A program made the translations under genes and the position numbers. DNA of 64,000 nt from Muribaculaceae bacterium (GTDB taxonomy: Bacteria; Bacteroidota; Bacteroidia; Bacteroidales; Muribaculaceae), in contig JAFTFA010000190.1 in NCBI GenBank assembly GCA_017449785.1, positions 12,342-76,341 on the forward strand, written 5' to 3'. Position 1 is the first letter of the stretch, and every line of letters begins with the position of its first letter. Of the stretch, positions 1 through 9,430 are shown in pieces. The notes below the pieces were generated by a model. The model made no database searches, was not told where the DNA came from, and was given only the letters and a program-made list of their open reading frames with translations.

Positions 1-3000
1 GCCGCCGCTCTGTATGGTGCCCGTGGTGCCAACGGTGTTGTGATGATCACTACCAAGAAGGGTGTTGAGGGCCGCAGCAACGTGATGTGGCGTTCGACCT
101 TCGGTTGGTCATCCCGTGCCACCAAGCGCTACGACCACGTGGACCAGAAGGAGTATGTTCAGCTCGTGTATGAGGCCCTGCGCAACCAGGCTATCGACAA
201 CGGTCGCAGCTGGAAGGACGCCGAGGCATTTGCCCGCGCTAGCTTGAGCAGCCAGCTGGGTGGTGAGCAGTACAACCCCTTCAAGAACTACACCTGGGAC
301 CAGATCATCGATCCGGCTACCGGTTACGTTCGCGAGGATGCCAAGAGTGCCTGGAACGAGGACTGGTATGACAGCGTTATCCGCAACAACGCCTTCCGTC
401 ACGAGCATCAGTTGCAGGTGACAGGCGGTAGCGAGCACGCCCAGTACATGATGTCATTGGGTTACTTGAACGAGGATGGTATCTTGAAGACCACCAACTA
501 TGAGCGCTACACCGGCCGTGCCAACATCAACAGCCAGATCACTGACTGGTTGGCTGCCAACATCAACGCTTCGTTGGCCCACGCCATGCAGAACTTCAAC
601 GACTATGATGACACCAGCACGTCTAACCCCTGGTACACCGCACAGTTTATCAACCCGTTGCTGCCCGTTTACTTGAAGGACATCGACGGTAAGAACCTGC
701 TGGACAGCGACAATAACCTGCAGTATGACTGGGGTGAGGTGATGGAAAATGGCACCCGTCCCGGTTCAATGAGTGACTTCTCGTCGCTGGGTATGCTGAT
801 GCTCGATAAGGCTTGGGCCAAGCGCGACGTCGCCGGCCTGCGCACCGGTCTCGTGCTGGGTAGCGACCTGGCCAAGTACGGCTGGCGTCAGGGCCTGAAG
901 CTGGCTGCCAACTTCAGCATGGACTACCAGAGTATCAACAATACCCGTTACATGAATGCTGAGCACGGTAACCAGGCTAACGCCGGCGGTCTGATGGAGA
1001 AATACAACCGCCGCATCCAGAGCTACACCTTCAACCAGTTGCTGACCTGGGACCGCACCTTCGGTGAGCACACCATCGGCCTGTTGCTGGGTCACGAGTG
1101 GTATGCCTATGAGTACAGCTACCTGCTGGCTGGCAAGACCAACCTCGTTGAGGGTATCTATGAGCTGCGTCCCGGTACCACCCTGTATGAGGCCGACTCC
1201 TACAGTGACAAGTATCGCATCGACTCTTGGCTGGGCCGTGCCAACTATAACTATGGCGGCCGCTACTTCCTGAGTGCATCGCTGCGTCAGGATAAGTCTT
1301 CGCGCTTCCACCCCGACCACAACAAGGGTACCTTCTGGAGCGTCGGTGCCAACTGGCGTATCTCCGGTGAGAAGTTCATGAAGAACGTGGGTTGGATCAA
1401 CAACCTGTCGGTAAAGGCCAGCTATGGTGAGCAGGGTAACGACATGTTGACCACTTACTATGCTTGGCAGTCGCTCTATGACCTGAGCTACAGCAACGCC
1501 ACCAACATCGGTGCGCTCATCTCTTCGCTCGAGAACGAGAACGTGTCTTGGGAGAAGAGCCAGAACTTCAACGCTGGCTTTGACGCCATCCTGTTCAACC
1601 ACCGCTTGCAGTTGAACGTCGACTTCTACAACCGCTTGACCAAGAACATGCTGCTCAACCGTCCCATGGCATTGTCGACCGGTTTCAGCGGCTTCATGGA
1701 CAACGTGGGTGACATGCGCAACCGTGGTGTCGAGGCATCGCTGCGCATCACTCCCGTCCGCACTGCCGACTTTGAGTGGAACATCACTGCCATGGCTACC
1801 CATAACCGCAACAAGGTGATCCGCCTGACCAAGGAGGCTCCTGAACTGTTGAGCGGTGTCCGCATCATCAAGGAGGGTATGCCCATCTATACCTATTATA
1901 TGCCTAAGAGCGCTGGTGTTGACCCGACGACCGGTTACAGCCTCTACTGGGCCTACGAGAAGGATGAGGACGGCAACATGATCGAGGGTACCGAGTATGT
2001 TACCATGGATCGTGACCTCGCTGCCAACTGCAAGTACTACCAGGGTAGCCGTCAGGCTGACATCTTCGGTAGCTTGGGCACCGACTTCACCTGGAAGGGT
2101 CTGACCCTGAGCGTCCTGACTACCTACTCGCTGGGTGGTAAGGTATTTGATAGCTTGTACCAGAGCGACATGAACCTGTGGTACCTGAGCTCGACCTGGA
2201 ACAAGAACATGATGCGCCGTTGGCAGAAGCCCGGTGACATCACCGACGTCCCCCGTGCAAGCATTGCCGAGTCTATCAACAACACCGACCGCTTCTTGAT
2301 CGACGCCAGCTACTTCGCCATCAAGAACATCACCCTGGCCTATGCACTGCCCATGTCATGGATCAGCAAGCTCGGTATGACCGGTGCCCGCATCTTTGGT
2401 TCGGTCGACAACCTGGCCCTGTGGACACACCTCAACGGTATGGATCCCCAGTACAACTTCTCGGGTGGTACCAACTATGACTACAGCCCCAACCGCACCT
2501 ACACCGTCGGTTTTGAGCTGAACTTCGGTAAGAGCTATGCTACGGCCGCTCCCGCTGTCAACGTCAACCTGCTGAACAACCAGATCAACGACCTGCGCGC
2601 TCAGCTCGCCGACGCACAGAATGCAGCTGCCGACGCCAACAGCCGCCTGGCCCAGTTGCAGGGTGACCTCGACGCCGCTAACCGCGCCCTGGCCAACTGC
2701 CGCAACGACCTGAATGCTGCCAAGAATGCCGCCCCCAAGGTGGTTGACAACAGCAAGCAGTACATGAACATCCTGGTTCACTTCCCCAAGTCGGGTACCG
2801 CCATCACCGCCGACCAGCGTGCCAACGTTGAGCGCGTGGCTACCTACCTCAAGAGCCATCCCGAGGCTACCTGCACCATCAAGGGTTATGCTTCGCCCGA
2901 GGGCAAGGAGGAAGTAAACGTCAAGCTCGCTAACGGCCGTGCCGCCAGCGTGAAGGATATGCTCGTCAAGAAGTATGGTATCGCTGCTAACCGCATCAAC

Positions 3001-3081
3001 GCCGCTGGCCAGGGTATCAGCAACATGTTTGACGAATTGAGCTGGAACCGTGTTTCCATCTGCGAAATCATCGTGAAGTAA
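1..3081 (+). CDS. SusC/RagA-family TonB-dependent outer-membrane transporter, 5'-truncated by the window edge, carrying a C-terminal coiled-coil + OmpA-like extension
   Basis: Frame 1 is open from base 1. AAALYGARGANGVVMITTKKG is the plug-domain motif. There is a long beta-barrel body, and the terminal strand TYTVGFELNF ends at 2526. The ORF then continues for 184 codons to the stop at 3079-3081. Confidence 0.9.
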   Translation, partial: AAALYGARGANGVVMITTKKGVEGRSNVMWRSTFGWSSRATKRYDHVDQKEYVQLVYEALRNQAIDNGRSWKDAEAFARASLSSQLGGEQYNPFKNYTWDQIIDPATGYVREDAKSAWNEDWYDSVIRNNAFRHEHQLQVTGGSEHAQYMMSLGYLNEDGILKTTNYERYTGRANINSQITDWLAANINASLAHAMQNFNDYDDTSTSNPWYTAQFINPLLPVYLKDIDGKNLLDSDNNLQYDWGEVMENGTRPGSMSDFSSLGMLMLDKAWAKRDVAGLRTGLVLGSDLAKYGWRQGLKLAANFSMDYQSINNTRYMNAEHGNQANAGGLMEKYNRRIQSYTFNQLLTWDRTFGEHTIGLLLGHEWYAYEYSYLLAGKTNLVEGIYELRPGTTLYEADSYSDKYRIDSWLGRANYNYGGRYFLSASLRQDKSSRFHPDHNKGTFWSVGANWRISGEKFMKNVGWINNLSVKASYGEQGNDMLTTYYAWQSLYDLSYSNATNIGALISSLENENVSWEKSQNFNAGFDAILFNHRLQLNVDFYNRLTKNMLLNRPMALSTGFSGFMDNVGDMRNRGVEASLRITPVRTADFEWNITAMATHNRNKVIRLTKEAPELLSGVRIIKEGMPIYTYYMPKSAGVDPTTGYSLYWAYEKDEDGNMIEGTEYVTMDRDLAANCKYYQGSRQADIFGSLGTDFTWKGLTLSVLTTYSLGGKVFDSLYQSDMNLWYLSSTWNKNMMRRWQKPGDITDVPRASIAESINNTDRFLIDASYFAIKNITLAYALPMSWISKLGMTGARIFGSVDNLALWTHLNGMDPQYNFSGGTNYDYSPNRTYTVGFELNFGKSYATAAPAVNVNLLNNQINDLRAQLADAQNAAADANSRLAQLQGDLDAANRALANCRNDLNAAKNAAPKVVDNSKQYMNILVHFPKSGTAITADQRANVERVATYLKSHPEATCTIKGYASPEGKEEVNVKLANGRAASVKDMLVKKYGIAANRINAAGQGISNMFDELSWNRVSICEIIVK
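2527..3078 (+). other. In-frame C-terminal extension of the SusC-like protein: Q/N/A/L-rich heptad-like segment followed by an OmpA_C-like domain
   Basis: LLNNQINDLRAQLADAQNAAADANSRLAQLQGDLDAANRALANC, then IKGYASPEG..N..LANGRAASVKDMLVKKYGI..NRI.AAGQG....NRV. This matches the OmpA-family pattern G-x-[TA]-[DS]..G....N..LS..RA..V...L. Confidence 0.7.
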
Positions 3082-3219
3082 GGATTAATCAAGTTTTTAG
3101 TTTTAAGTTTCTTAGTTTTAAACGGGATATTACCTTTATTGATAATTCAATTCCAGGCAATACCAGACTGTACTTAAAACTTACAACTTAAAACTTACAA
3201 CTAAAACAATAGAACAAAC

Positions 3220-4785
3220 ATGAAAAAGCTTTTAAAATATTTGTTTATTGGAATGTGCGGCGTGCTCTGCCTCTCCTCATGCTCCAATGATCTGCTGGAG
3301 ACCGAGCCCACCGACTCCATGTCGGGTTCGACCTTCATGAGCGATGCCACCAAGGCTCTCGTGCCCCTGAACGGTATCTACCGCTCGATGTACTCTGCCG
3401 GCTGGTCCACCACCGGCAATACCCACCAGTGCTTCGGTATCAGTGCCTATAACCTGATGGCCGAGGTCATGGGCGATGACATGATCATGGGTGCCCAGGG
3501 TAGTGGCTGGTTCTGGTTTGATGCTGCCTACAATGTAAAGGCTCGTTACACCAGTGGCGCATGGCGCAGCTATGACCTGTGGACAGCTTACTACACTTGG
3601 ATTTCCAATGCCAACTACATCATCGCTGCCGAGGAGACCATGGAGGGCGCCAAGGAGGATGTGAACTACGTCATCGGTCAGGCCTATGCCATCCGTGCCT
3701 ACAGCTACTTCATGCTGGCACAGACCTTTGCCCGCACCTACAAGGGCCACGAGAATGACCTCTGTGTGCCCATCTACAATGAGCCCACCCGCACCACGAC
3801 CACCGGTCAGCCCCGTGCAAAGGTATCGGAGGTCTATGCCCAGATCGACAACGACATCAACAAGTCCGTCGAGCTGCTGGCCACCTCGCCCGCTCAGCGT
3901 CACCCCAGCCACATCAGCTATGCAGTGGCTCTGGGTCTCAAGTCCCGCATCGCCCTCGTCGAGGAGAAGTGGCAGGATGCCCTCGATGCCGCCAGCCAGG
4001 CTATCACTGCCAGCGGCAAGGCCGTCCAGGCTATTGACGCTTCGACTTTCGCTCCCAGCAAGAGCAACTTTATCAACACCGCTGATGCCGCTAACGTGAT
4101 GTGGGGTGCTCAGATCGTCAGCGACCAGGCCGGTATGTACGCTTCGTTGATGACCCACATGAGCGGTACTGCTCCCTACGGCCAGCGTGCTCCCAAGCGG
4201 ATCACTCCGTGGCTCTACGGCAAGATGAGCGAGACCGACAGCCGCCGTGCATGGTGGAATCCTGCTCAGAGCTATCTCCAGAAGAAGTTTGAGTTCTCCA
4301 ATGAGCAGACTTGGGAAGGTGACTACGTCTGGATGCGTGTCGAGGAGATGTACCTCAACGCTGCCGAGGCTGCTTGCCGCCTGGGTCAGGATGCCAACGC
4401 CAAGCAGTATCTCATGGCTGTCATGAGCAAGCGTGATGCCAACTACAGCACCAACAAGAGCGGCAACGCCCTGGCAACTGTCTCGACCGAGCTGACCGGT
4501 TCGCTGCTTGAGGAGATCTTGATCCAGCGTCGTATCGAGCTGTGGGGCGAGGATGGCCGCATCTACACCCTCCGTCGTCTGCATCAGGGCTTCGTGCGTC
4601 CTGCCGATTATGGCTGGCCCGAGGGTCTGCAGATTCCCACTCACGTCAATGCTGCTAAGGATCCCGAGAGCTATCTGTGGGTACTCACTATCCCCCAGGC
4701 CGAGTTTGACGGCAACGTCAACATGAAGCCCGAGGAGATTCCCGCTGGTGATCAGAACCCCATCGGTGACTATCCCAAAAACTAA
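3220..4785 (+). CDS. SusD/RagB-family nutrient-binding outer-membrane lipoprotein
   Basis: Lipoprotein signal MKKLLKYLFIGMCGVLCLSSCSNDLL. 521 aa, immediately downstream of the SusC-like gene. SusD-like C-terminal region (EEILIQRRIELWGEDGRIYTLRR). Confidence 0.9.
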   Translation: MKKLLKYLFIGMCGVLCLSSCSNDLLETEPTDSMSGSTFMSDATKALVPLNGIYRSMYSAGWSTTGNTHQCFGISAYNLMAEVMGDDMIMGAQGSGWFWFDAAYNVKARYTSGAWRSYDLWTAYYTWISNANYIIAAEETMEGAKEDVNYVIGQAYAIRAYSYFMLAQTFARTYKGHENDLCVPIYNEPTRTTTTGQPRAKVSEVYAQIDNDINKSVELLATSPAQRHPSHISYAVALGLKSRIALVEEKWQDALDAASQAITASGKAVQAIDASTFAPSKSNFINTADAANVMWGAQIVSDQAGMYASLMTHMSGTAPYGQRAPKRITPWLYGKMSETDSRRAWWNPAQSYLQKKFEFSNEQTWEGDYVWMRVEEMYLNAAEAACRLGQDANAKQYLMAVMSKRDANYSTNKSGNALATVSTELTGSLLEEILIQRRIELWGEDGRIYTLRRLHQGFVRPADYGWPEGLQIPTHVNAAKDPESYLWVLTIPQAEFDGNVNMKPEEIPAGDQNPIGDYPKN

Positions 4786-4814
4786 TGTTTAATCTCATTA
4801 ACTAATTGAATATT

Positions 4815-5633
4815 ATGAAATTAGGTAAATATATTTTAGGATTGGCAGTTGTTGCTGCTGGCTTGACCAGCTGTGACACCGATAATGTGGGGGCCATCTA
4901 TGATCATCCCGCAATGCCCAACATCTCCTTTAGCAGCGCTGAGATCAATCAAGAGACCGAGGATGAGGCGATCACAATCCCCGTAGTCCTCACCAGGACT
5001 TATTCGCCCGAGGCCTATTCGACCACCGTCAACATGTCGACGTCGAGTGAGAACATCAAGCTGGAGAACAACACGGTCAATTTCGCCGCTGGCGAGCAGA
5101 CCGCTACGATCTATGTCACCGCTACCAACCTTGACTGGGGTGACAAGCGTTCCTGCACGATCAGCCTCACCGATGCTGACGTACAGACGGCCAGCCCGTT
5201 TGACACTCCCATCCACGAGGTGGTTGTCAATGTCAATAAGCCCAAGTTGCTGCCTGCCGGCACTTGCACGATTACCGACTACACCTGGTACTCCGAGCCC
5301 ATGGTTGCCGAGAACGTGCCCATCATCAACGTTGAGGGTACCAACAAGTATCGCATCATCTCCCCGCTCTATTACCTGTACAATGGTTATGAGGAGGACA
5401 TCGACATGTCTAACTTCCAGTTCAACCTGTTGAGCAATGGTGCCGCTACCGTTGATGACGGCACTCCTCTCAACTACTGGGGTTACTATGCTTACTTCAG
5501 CTCCGACTACTCGGGCTATTGCTTTGTCAGCAACGCCGATAACGTCTACGACGTGAACTTCCTGCTGCTCAACGGCAGCGACCTGTACACGGGTGGCCGT
5601 TTCGTCTTCGTTTGGGACAAGCCTGCTGAGTAA
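4815..5633 (+). CDS. PUL-associated surface lipoprotein, function unknown
   Basis: MKLGKYILGLAVVAAGLTSCDTDN lipobox. Third gene after the SusC/SusD pair. The ATG at 4815 is preferred over the TTG at 4806. Confidence 0.7.
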   Translation: MKLGKYILGLAVVAAGLTSCDTDNVGAIYDHPAMPNISFSSAEINQETEDEAITIPVVLTRTYSPEAYSTTVNMSTSSENIKLENNTVNFAAGEQTATIYVTATNLDWGDKRSCTISLTDADVQTASPFDTPIHEVVVNVNKPKLLPAGTCTITDYTWYSEPMVAENVPIINVEGTNKYRIISPLYYLYNGYEEDIDMSNFQFNLLSNGAATVDDGTPLNYWGYYAYFSSDYSGYCFVSNADNVYDVNFLLLNGSDLYTGGRFVFVWDKPAE

Positions 5634-5684
5634 TCAGCGAGCCGATTCCTTCGACAGGATATAGCAAATTAAGCACTTAGAATA

Positions 5685-5725
5685 AGGGTGGGCGCTCCCG
5701 CAGTCAGGGAGTCGCCCACCCTTTT
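5685..5725 (+). terminator. Rho-independent terminator after the SusC/SusD/lipoprotein operon
   Basis: GGGTGGGCG..CTCCC-GCAGTCA-GGGAG..CGCCCACCC followed by TTTT. Confidence 0.6.
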
Positions 5726-5902
5726 CGTCATTCATGGCACCAGTTCTTGTTTTCTGCATTGGGAGCTACGTCGCAGTCATCGAGTGTGTCAAGGCAGAAA
5801 ACAAGACGAATGCTGACGTTTTACCTTCAGGGCAGATGTGAAACGATGTCAATGGAGCGATTGTTATGGCAACGCTTTTGGGCAATTTGCTCAAAAAATA
5901 AC

Positions 5903-5910
5903 TATCTTTG
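5903..5910 (+). promoter_or_regulatory. Bacteroidota -7 promoter box (TAnnTTTG)
   Basis: TATCTTTG lies 18 nt upstream of the ATG at 5928. It sits inside the longer ORF-track start, which supports the 5928 start. Confidence 0.5.
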
Positions 5911-5927
5911 CGCCCACAATTTCAATC

Positions 5928-8399
5928 ATGAGAGCGATGAAAAAGATATTATTGGTGATCATGCTGCTGGCGACGGTGTTACCTGCCGCTGCGGTGCTCA
6001 AGGAGAGCAACATGGAACAGACGCTGGGCGTGCTGTGTGAAGAGTTGAGCGAGACCCATCAGGAGCAGAAGGCTCGTGCCGAGCGCTTTGAGCAGCGCAA
6101 CAAGCAGTTCCAGCGCAGCATCGGGCGCGACCTGGAGCTGTGCAACAACATTGAGCTCATGCTCTATAGCCAGAAGGAGCAGAACGTCTTTGACCTGGCC
6201 TATGCCTGCGGGCAGGCGACCGACCTGTACAAGCGCGTGACGCGCACTCGCTCGTTCAAGCAGTTTGAGCAGCAGCAGGAGGAGAAGATAGCGCAATATG
6301 AGCACCTGGTGCAGGCGCTCAACAACATCAAGGACCGCCAGCTCACCACACCGCAGATGCGCGTCACCCGCGACAGCTGTGTCTTTCTGGCACGTGCCAT
6401 CGAGAACGACATCCGCCATGCCCGCGAGACGTTGCAGGACAACCACGAGCAGCGCCAGTGGGTGGCCAAGAAGGCCAAGAAGCTCAACGATTACGCCCTG
6501 TCGATGTATGAACGCATCCGCCAGAGCGTGTTTGTCAACGGCGGCCAGAGCTATTTCCAGATCATGCAGCGCTTCGGCTACAACTGGAAGAACAGCAAGG
6601 ACGACATCGACGAGAAGTATTCACGCTCGCGCAAGACCCGCAGCGAGTGGCGCGGCCCGCTCATCGGCTTCCTGTTCATCTTCATGGCCATCTACATCGT
6701 GGGGGCCTTGCTGCTCAGCTGGTTGATCATCAAGATGATTCCCCGCAGTTTCCTCTCCAGCCGTGCCTACAGGAAATTCCTGCCCAAGCGGTCGTGCATC
6801 ATCATCTGTGTGGCGGCGGCGGTGTTCGGCATCGCCACGTTGATTGTCTCGAGCGTTACCGACAACAACTTCATGACCATGGCCACGCGCCTGTTGAGCG
6901 AGTATGCCTGGCTCGTTGCTGCCATCACCCTGTCGATCATCATCCGTGTTGACGGCGTTGCGGTCAAGAGCGGCATCAAGCTCTATGTGCCCGTGCTGCT
7001 GGTGGGATTTGTGGTGTTCTTCTTCCGCATCGTGTTCCTGCCCAGCACCGTGGTCAACCTGGTCTTCCCTGCCCTGCTGCTGGTGTTCACCATCTGGCAA
7101 TTGGTCATCAACCGCCGTCACAGCGCCTCGGTGCCGCGCAGCGACGTCTTCTACTCGTGGATCTCGTTGATCGTGATGGCCGTCTCGTGTGTCATGGCAT
7201 GGATGGGCTACACGTTGATGAGCGTGCAGGTGCTCATCTGGTGGATCATGCAGTTGACGCTCATCCAGACCATCACCGTCATCTATGACCTGCTTCAGAC
7301 CTACGAGAAGAAGCACATCCCCGATGATGCCGACGTGAGGCGCACGTGGTTCTATGATGCGATCTACAAGATGGTTGTGCCCATTGCAGCGACATTGAGT
7401 GTGGCCTTGTCGATCTACTGGGCGGCACGGGTGTTTGACCTCACGCAGTGGTGCGAGCGCATCTTCCGCTACAAGTTTGTCAACCAGCCGGGTCTCATCG
7501 TGCTGTCGCTCGACAGGATTCTGGCCTGTGTAGCCTTTGCCTTCATCTTCAACTACATCATCTACCTGTTCATCCAGGGCTACCAGCTATGGAAGCAGAG
7601 CCGTGCCGAGGCCAGGGCCATATCGATGTATGAGCAGGCCAACGATGTGGATGACCATGAGGAGATCGACATCGAGACGGTCATCCAGGAGGATCCTAAT
7701 GCCAAGGCCAAGGTCAAGGCCGCGTCCAAGGCTGTCACTCTCTCGATGAACATCATCAAGTACATCGGCTGGGGCATCTACATCTACATCGTGCTGGTCA
7801 CCCTCCACGTCAACCGCACGGGCATCACCTTCATCCTCACGGGCCTCTCGACAGGTATCGGTTTCGCGATGAAGGACACGCTCGAGAACCTCTTCTACGG
7901 CCTCTCGTTGATGAACGGGCGCGTCAAGATAGGCGACGTCATCGAGTGTGACGGCGTGCGCGGCAAGGTGAGCAACATCAATTACCAGAGCACCCTGGTC
8001 GAGACCATCGACGGCTCGGTCATTGCCTTCCTCAACAGCCAGCTGTTTACCAAGAATTTCAAGAACATGACACGCAACCACGGCTACGAGATGGCCAAGA
8101 TTACCGTCGGCGTGGCCTACGGCAGCAAGATTGACCAGGTGCGTGAAATGATTATCGAGCGCATCAGCAGGCTCGACTGCTACGACACCAGCAAGGGCGT
8201 GCAGGTGCTGTTCCAGAACTTCGGCGAGAGCAGCGTGGACCTGCTGGTCATCGTGTGGGTGCGCGTCGCTTCCCAGGCCGCCGACATTGCCCGCGTCAAG
8301 GAGAACATCTATGCAGCCCTCAACGACGGCGGCATCGAGATCCCCTTCCCCCAGGCCGACGTCCACATCCGCACCACCCTCCCCGTCACCACCGCGTAA
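5928..8399 (+). CDS. Mechanosensitive ion channel, MscS family (large MscK-like type)
   Basis: Signal peptide MRAMKKILLVIMLLATVLPAAAVL, a coiled periplasmic domain and multiple TM helices. C-terminal MscS core: GFAMKDTLENLFYGLSLMNGRVKIGDVIECDGVRGKVSNINYQSTLVETIDGSVIAFLNSQLF. Confidence 0.85.
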   Translation: MRAMKKILLVIMLLATVLPAAAVLKESNMEQTLGVLCEELSETHQEQKARAERFEQRNKQFQRSIGRDLELCNNIELMLYSQKEQNVFDLAYACGQATDLYKRVTRTRSFKQFEQQQEEKIAQYEHLVQALNNIKDRQLTTPQMRVTRDSCVFLARAIENDIRHARETLQDNHEQRQWVAKKAKKLNDYALSMYERIRQSVFVNGGQSYFQIMQRFGYNWKNSKDDIDEKYSRSRKTRSEWRGPLIGFLFIFMAIYIVGALLLSWLIIKMIPRSFLSSRAYRKFLPKRSCIIICVAAAVFGIATLIVSSVTDNNFMTMATRLLSEYAWLVAAITLSIIIRVDGVAVKSGIKLYVPVLLVGFVVFFFRIVFLPSTVVNLVFPALLLVFTIWQLVINRRHSASVPRSDVFYSWISLIVMAVSCVMAWMGYTLMSVQVLIWWIMQLTLIQTITVIYDLLQTYEKKHIPDDADVRRTWFYDAIYKMVVPIAATLSVALSIYWAARVFDLTQWCERIFRYKFVNQPGLIVLSLDRILACVAFAFIFNYIIYLFIQGYQLWKQSRAEARAISMYEQANDVDDHEEIDIETVIQEDPNAKAKVKAASKAVTLSMNIIKYIGWGIYIYIVLVTLHVNRTGITFILTGLSTGIGFAMKDTLENLFYGLSLMNGRVKIGDVIECDGVRGKVSNINYQSTLVETIDGSVIAFLNSQLFTKNFKNMTRNHGYEMAKITVGVAYGSKIDQVREMIIERISRLDCYDTSKGVQVLFQNFGESSVDLLVIVWVRVASQAADIARVKENIYAALNDGGIEIPFPQADVHIRTTLPVTTA

Positions 8400-8436
8400 A
8401 AAAACAGCCTCTGGGAATGGGACCTGCCGCGTCGAT

Positions 8437-9192
8437 TTACTTGTAGAAGGTGATCCAGTTGGTGCAATAGCGGGATTTCTCGGCGACGGGATGGATCTCG
8501 TTGACCTTGCCGCTGGCATCACGCCACCAGGAGTGGTTCCAGCCCGCTCCCATGTCCATGTAGAGGGCATGGGCCGGGGCAAACTGCTCGAGCATAGCGA
8601 CAAATTGCTCATATTCCACCTTGTCGCGGCTGTCCACGATGCACAGGCGACCGTCCTTCTCACACAAGGCGCGGTACTGGTTCTCACCCTCGCGCCACAG
8701 CGGACGGATGCTCTCGCCGTCATGGATGATGAGCGCCTGGCCGAAGCCCATGCCGCCGGCCTGGGCCACGCTGTCGAGCAGCTCACTGTACTCGCCGTTG
8801 ACAAATTCCCACGTTGAGTCGTCAAACCAGGCGAACGCGCCGCTGTTGTCCTTGCACCGGGCCCCCTTGTAGCGCTTGCCGCCGCTCACGTGGTCGCCGT
8901 CGATGTTGCTGTGGGCAAACTCGTCCAGCAGCTCGTGGGTAAAGGCCGCCTCGGCACAGAAGATGATGCTGTCGTCCTGCTGCGACGGCATTGTCTCGCA
9001 CACGAGGTCAATGCGGCTGAACTCGGGATAATACACGATGAGGCCCTCGACCGTGGTGTCGTCGATCGTGACGGGCGATGTGGCAATCGAGTCGTTGCTC
9101 ATGTCAGTTTTGGTCGTCTTGCCGGTGCAGCTGCTCATCAGTGCCGCCACCAGCGCGTAAATTAGGTAATGATAGTGGAGAGTTATCCTCAT
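8437..9192 (-). CDS. Lipoprotein, possibly phosphodiester glycosidase (NAGPA/DUF2233)-like
   Basis: Lipobox LVAALMSSCTG. RALCEKDGRLCIVDSRDKVEYEQFVAMLEQFAPAHALYMDMGAGWN resembles the NAGPA-family core. The functional call is tentative. Confidence 0.65.
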   Translation of the reverse strand: MRITLHYHYLIYALVAALMSSCTGKTTKTDMSNDSIATSPVTIDDTTVEGLIVYYPEFSRIDLVCETMPSQQDDSIIFCAEAAFTHELLDEFAHSNIDGDHVSGGKRYKGARCKDNSGAFAWFDDSTWEFVNGEYSELLDSVAQAGGMGFGQALIIHDGESIRPLWREGENQYRALCEKDGRLCIVDSRDKVEYEQFVAMLEQFAPAHALYMDMGAGWNHSWWRDASGKVNEIHPVAEKSRYCTNWITFYK

Positions 9193-9237
9193 GATTCAAT
9201 AGTTTTTTAACTGATTGATTTATATCAACTTGTATCG

Positions 9238-9430
9238 TCTCAGCGCGAAGCGCAGCCATTTGTTTTGAGTTGTTTAAGTTGTTTTTAAAAAATGCTCCAG
9301 CCCGGATGGCATGGCGTCTTCCTGTATCAATCTCAGCGCGAGGCGAAGCCAGTTGTTTGAGTTGTTTAAGTTGTTTTTAAAAAATGCTCCAGCCCGGATG
9401 GCGTCTTCCTGTATCAATCTCAGCGCGAGG
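9238..9430. repeat. Tandem repeat, 2 full units (about 93 and 87 bp) plus a 13-bp partial third unit that overlaps the lgt stop codon
   Basis: Units start with TCTCAGCGCGA(A/G)G at 9238, 9331 and 9418. Each contains GTTGTTTAAGTTGTTTTTAAAAAATGCTCCAGCCCGGATGGC. Confidence 0.85.

Noticed and set aside
5838-5927. Upstream start for the MscS-family gene; similar extended starts occur at 15887, 30368, 57654, 12684, 61143, 19116 and 4806
   Set aside because: In each case an exact TAnnTTTG box lies inside or at the extension, and/or a non-ATG codon is used. The internal ATG gives a proper signal peptide or family-typical N-terminus.
9238-9430. Possible CRISPR array
   Set aside because: There are only 2 full units of ~90 bp in direct tandem, with no unique spacers between short repeats. 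No cas genes are present in the window.
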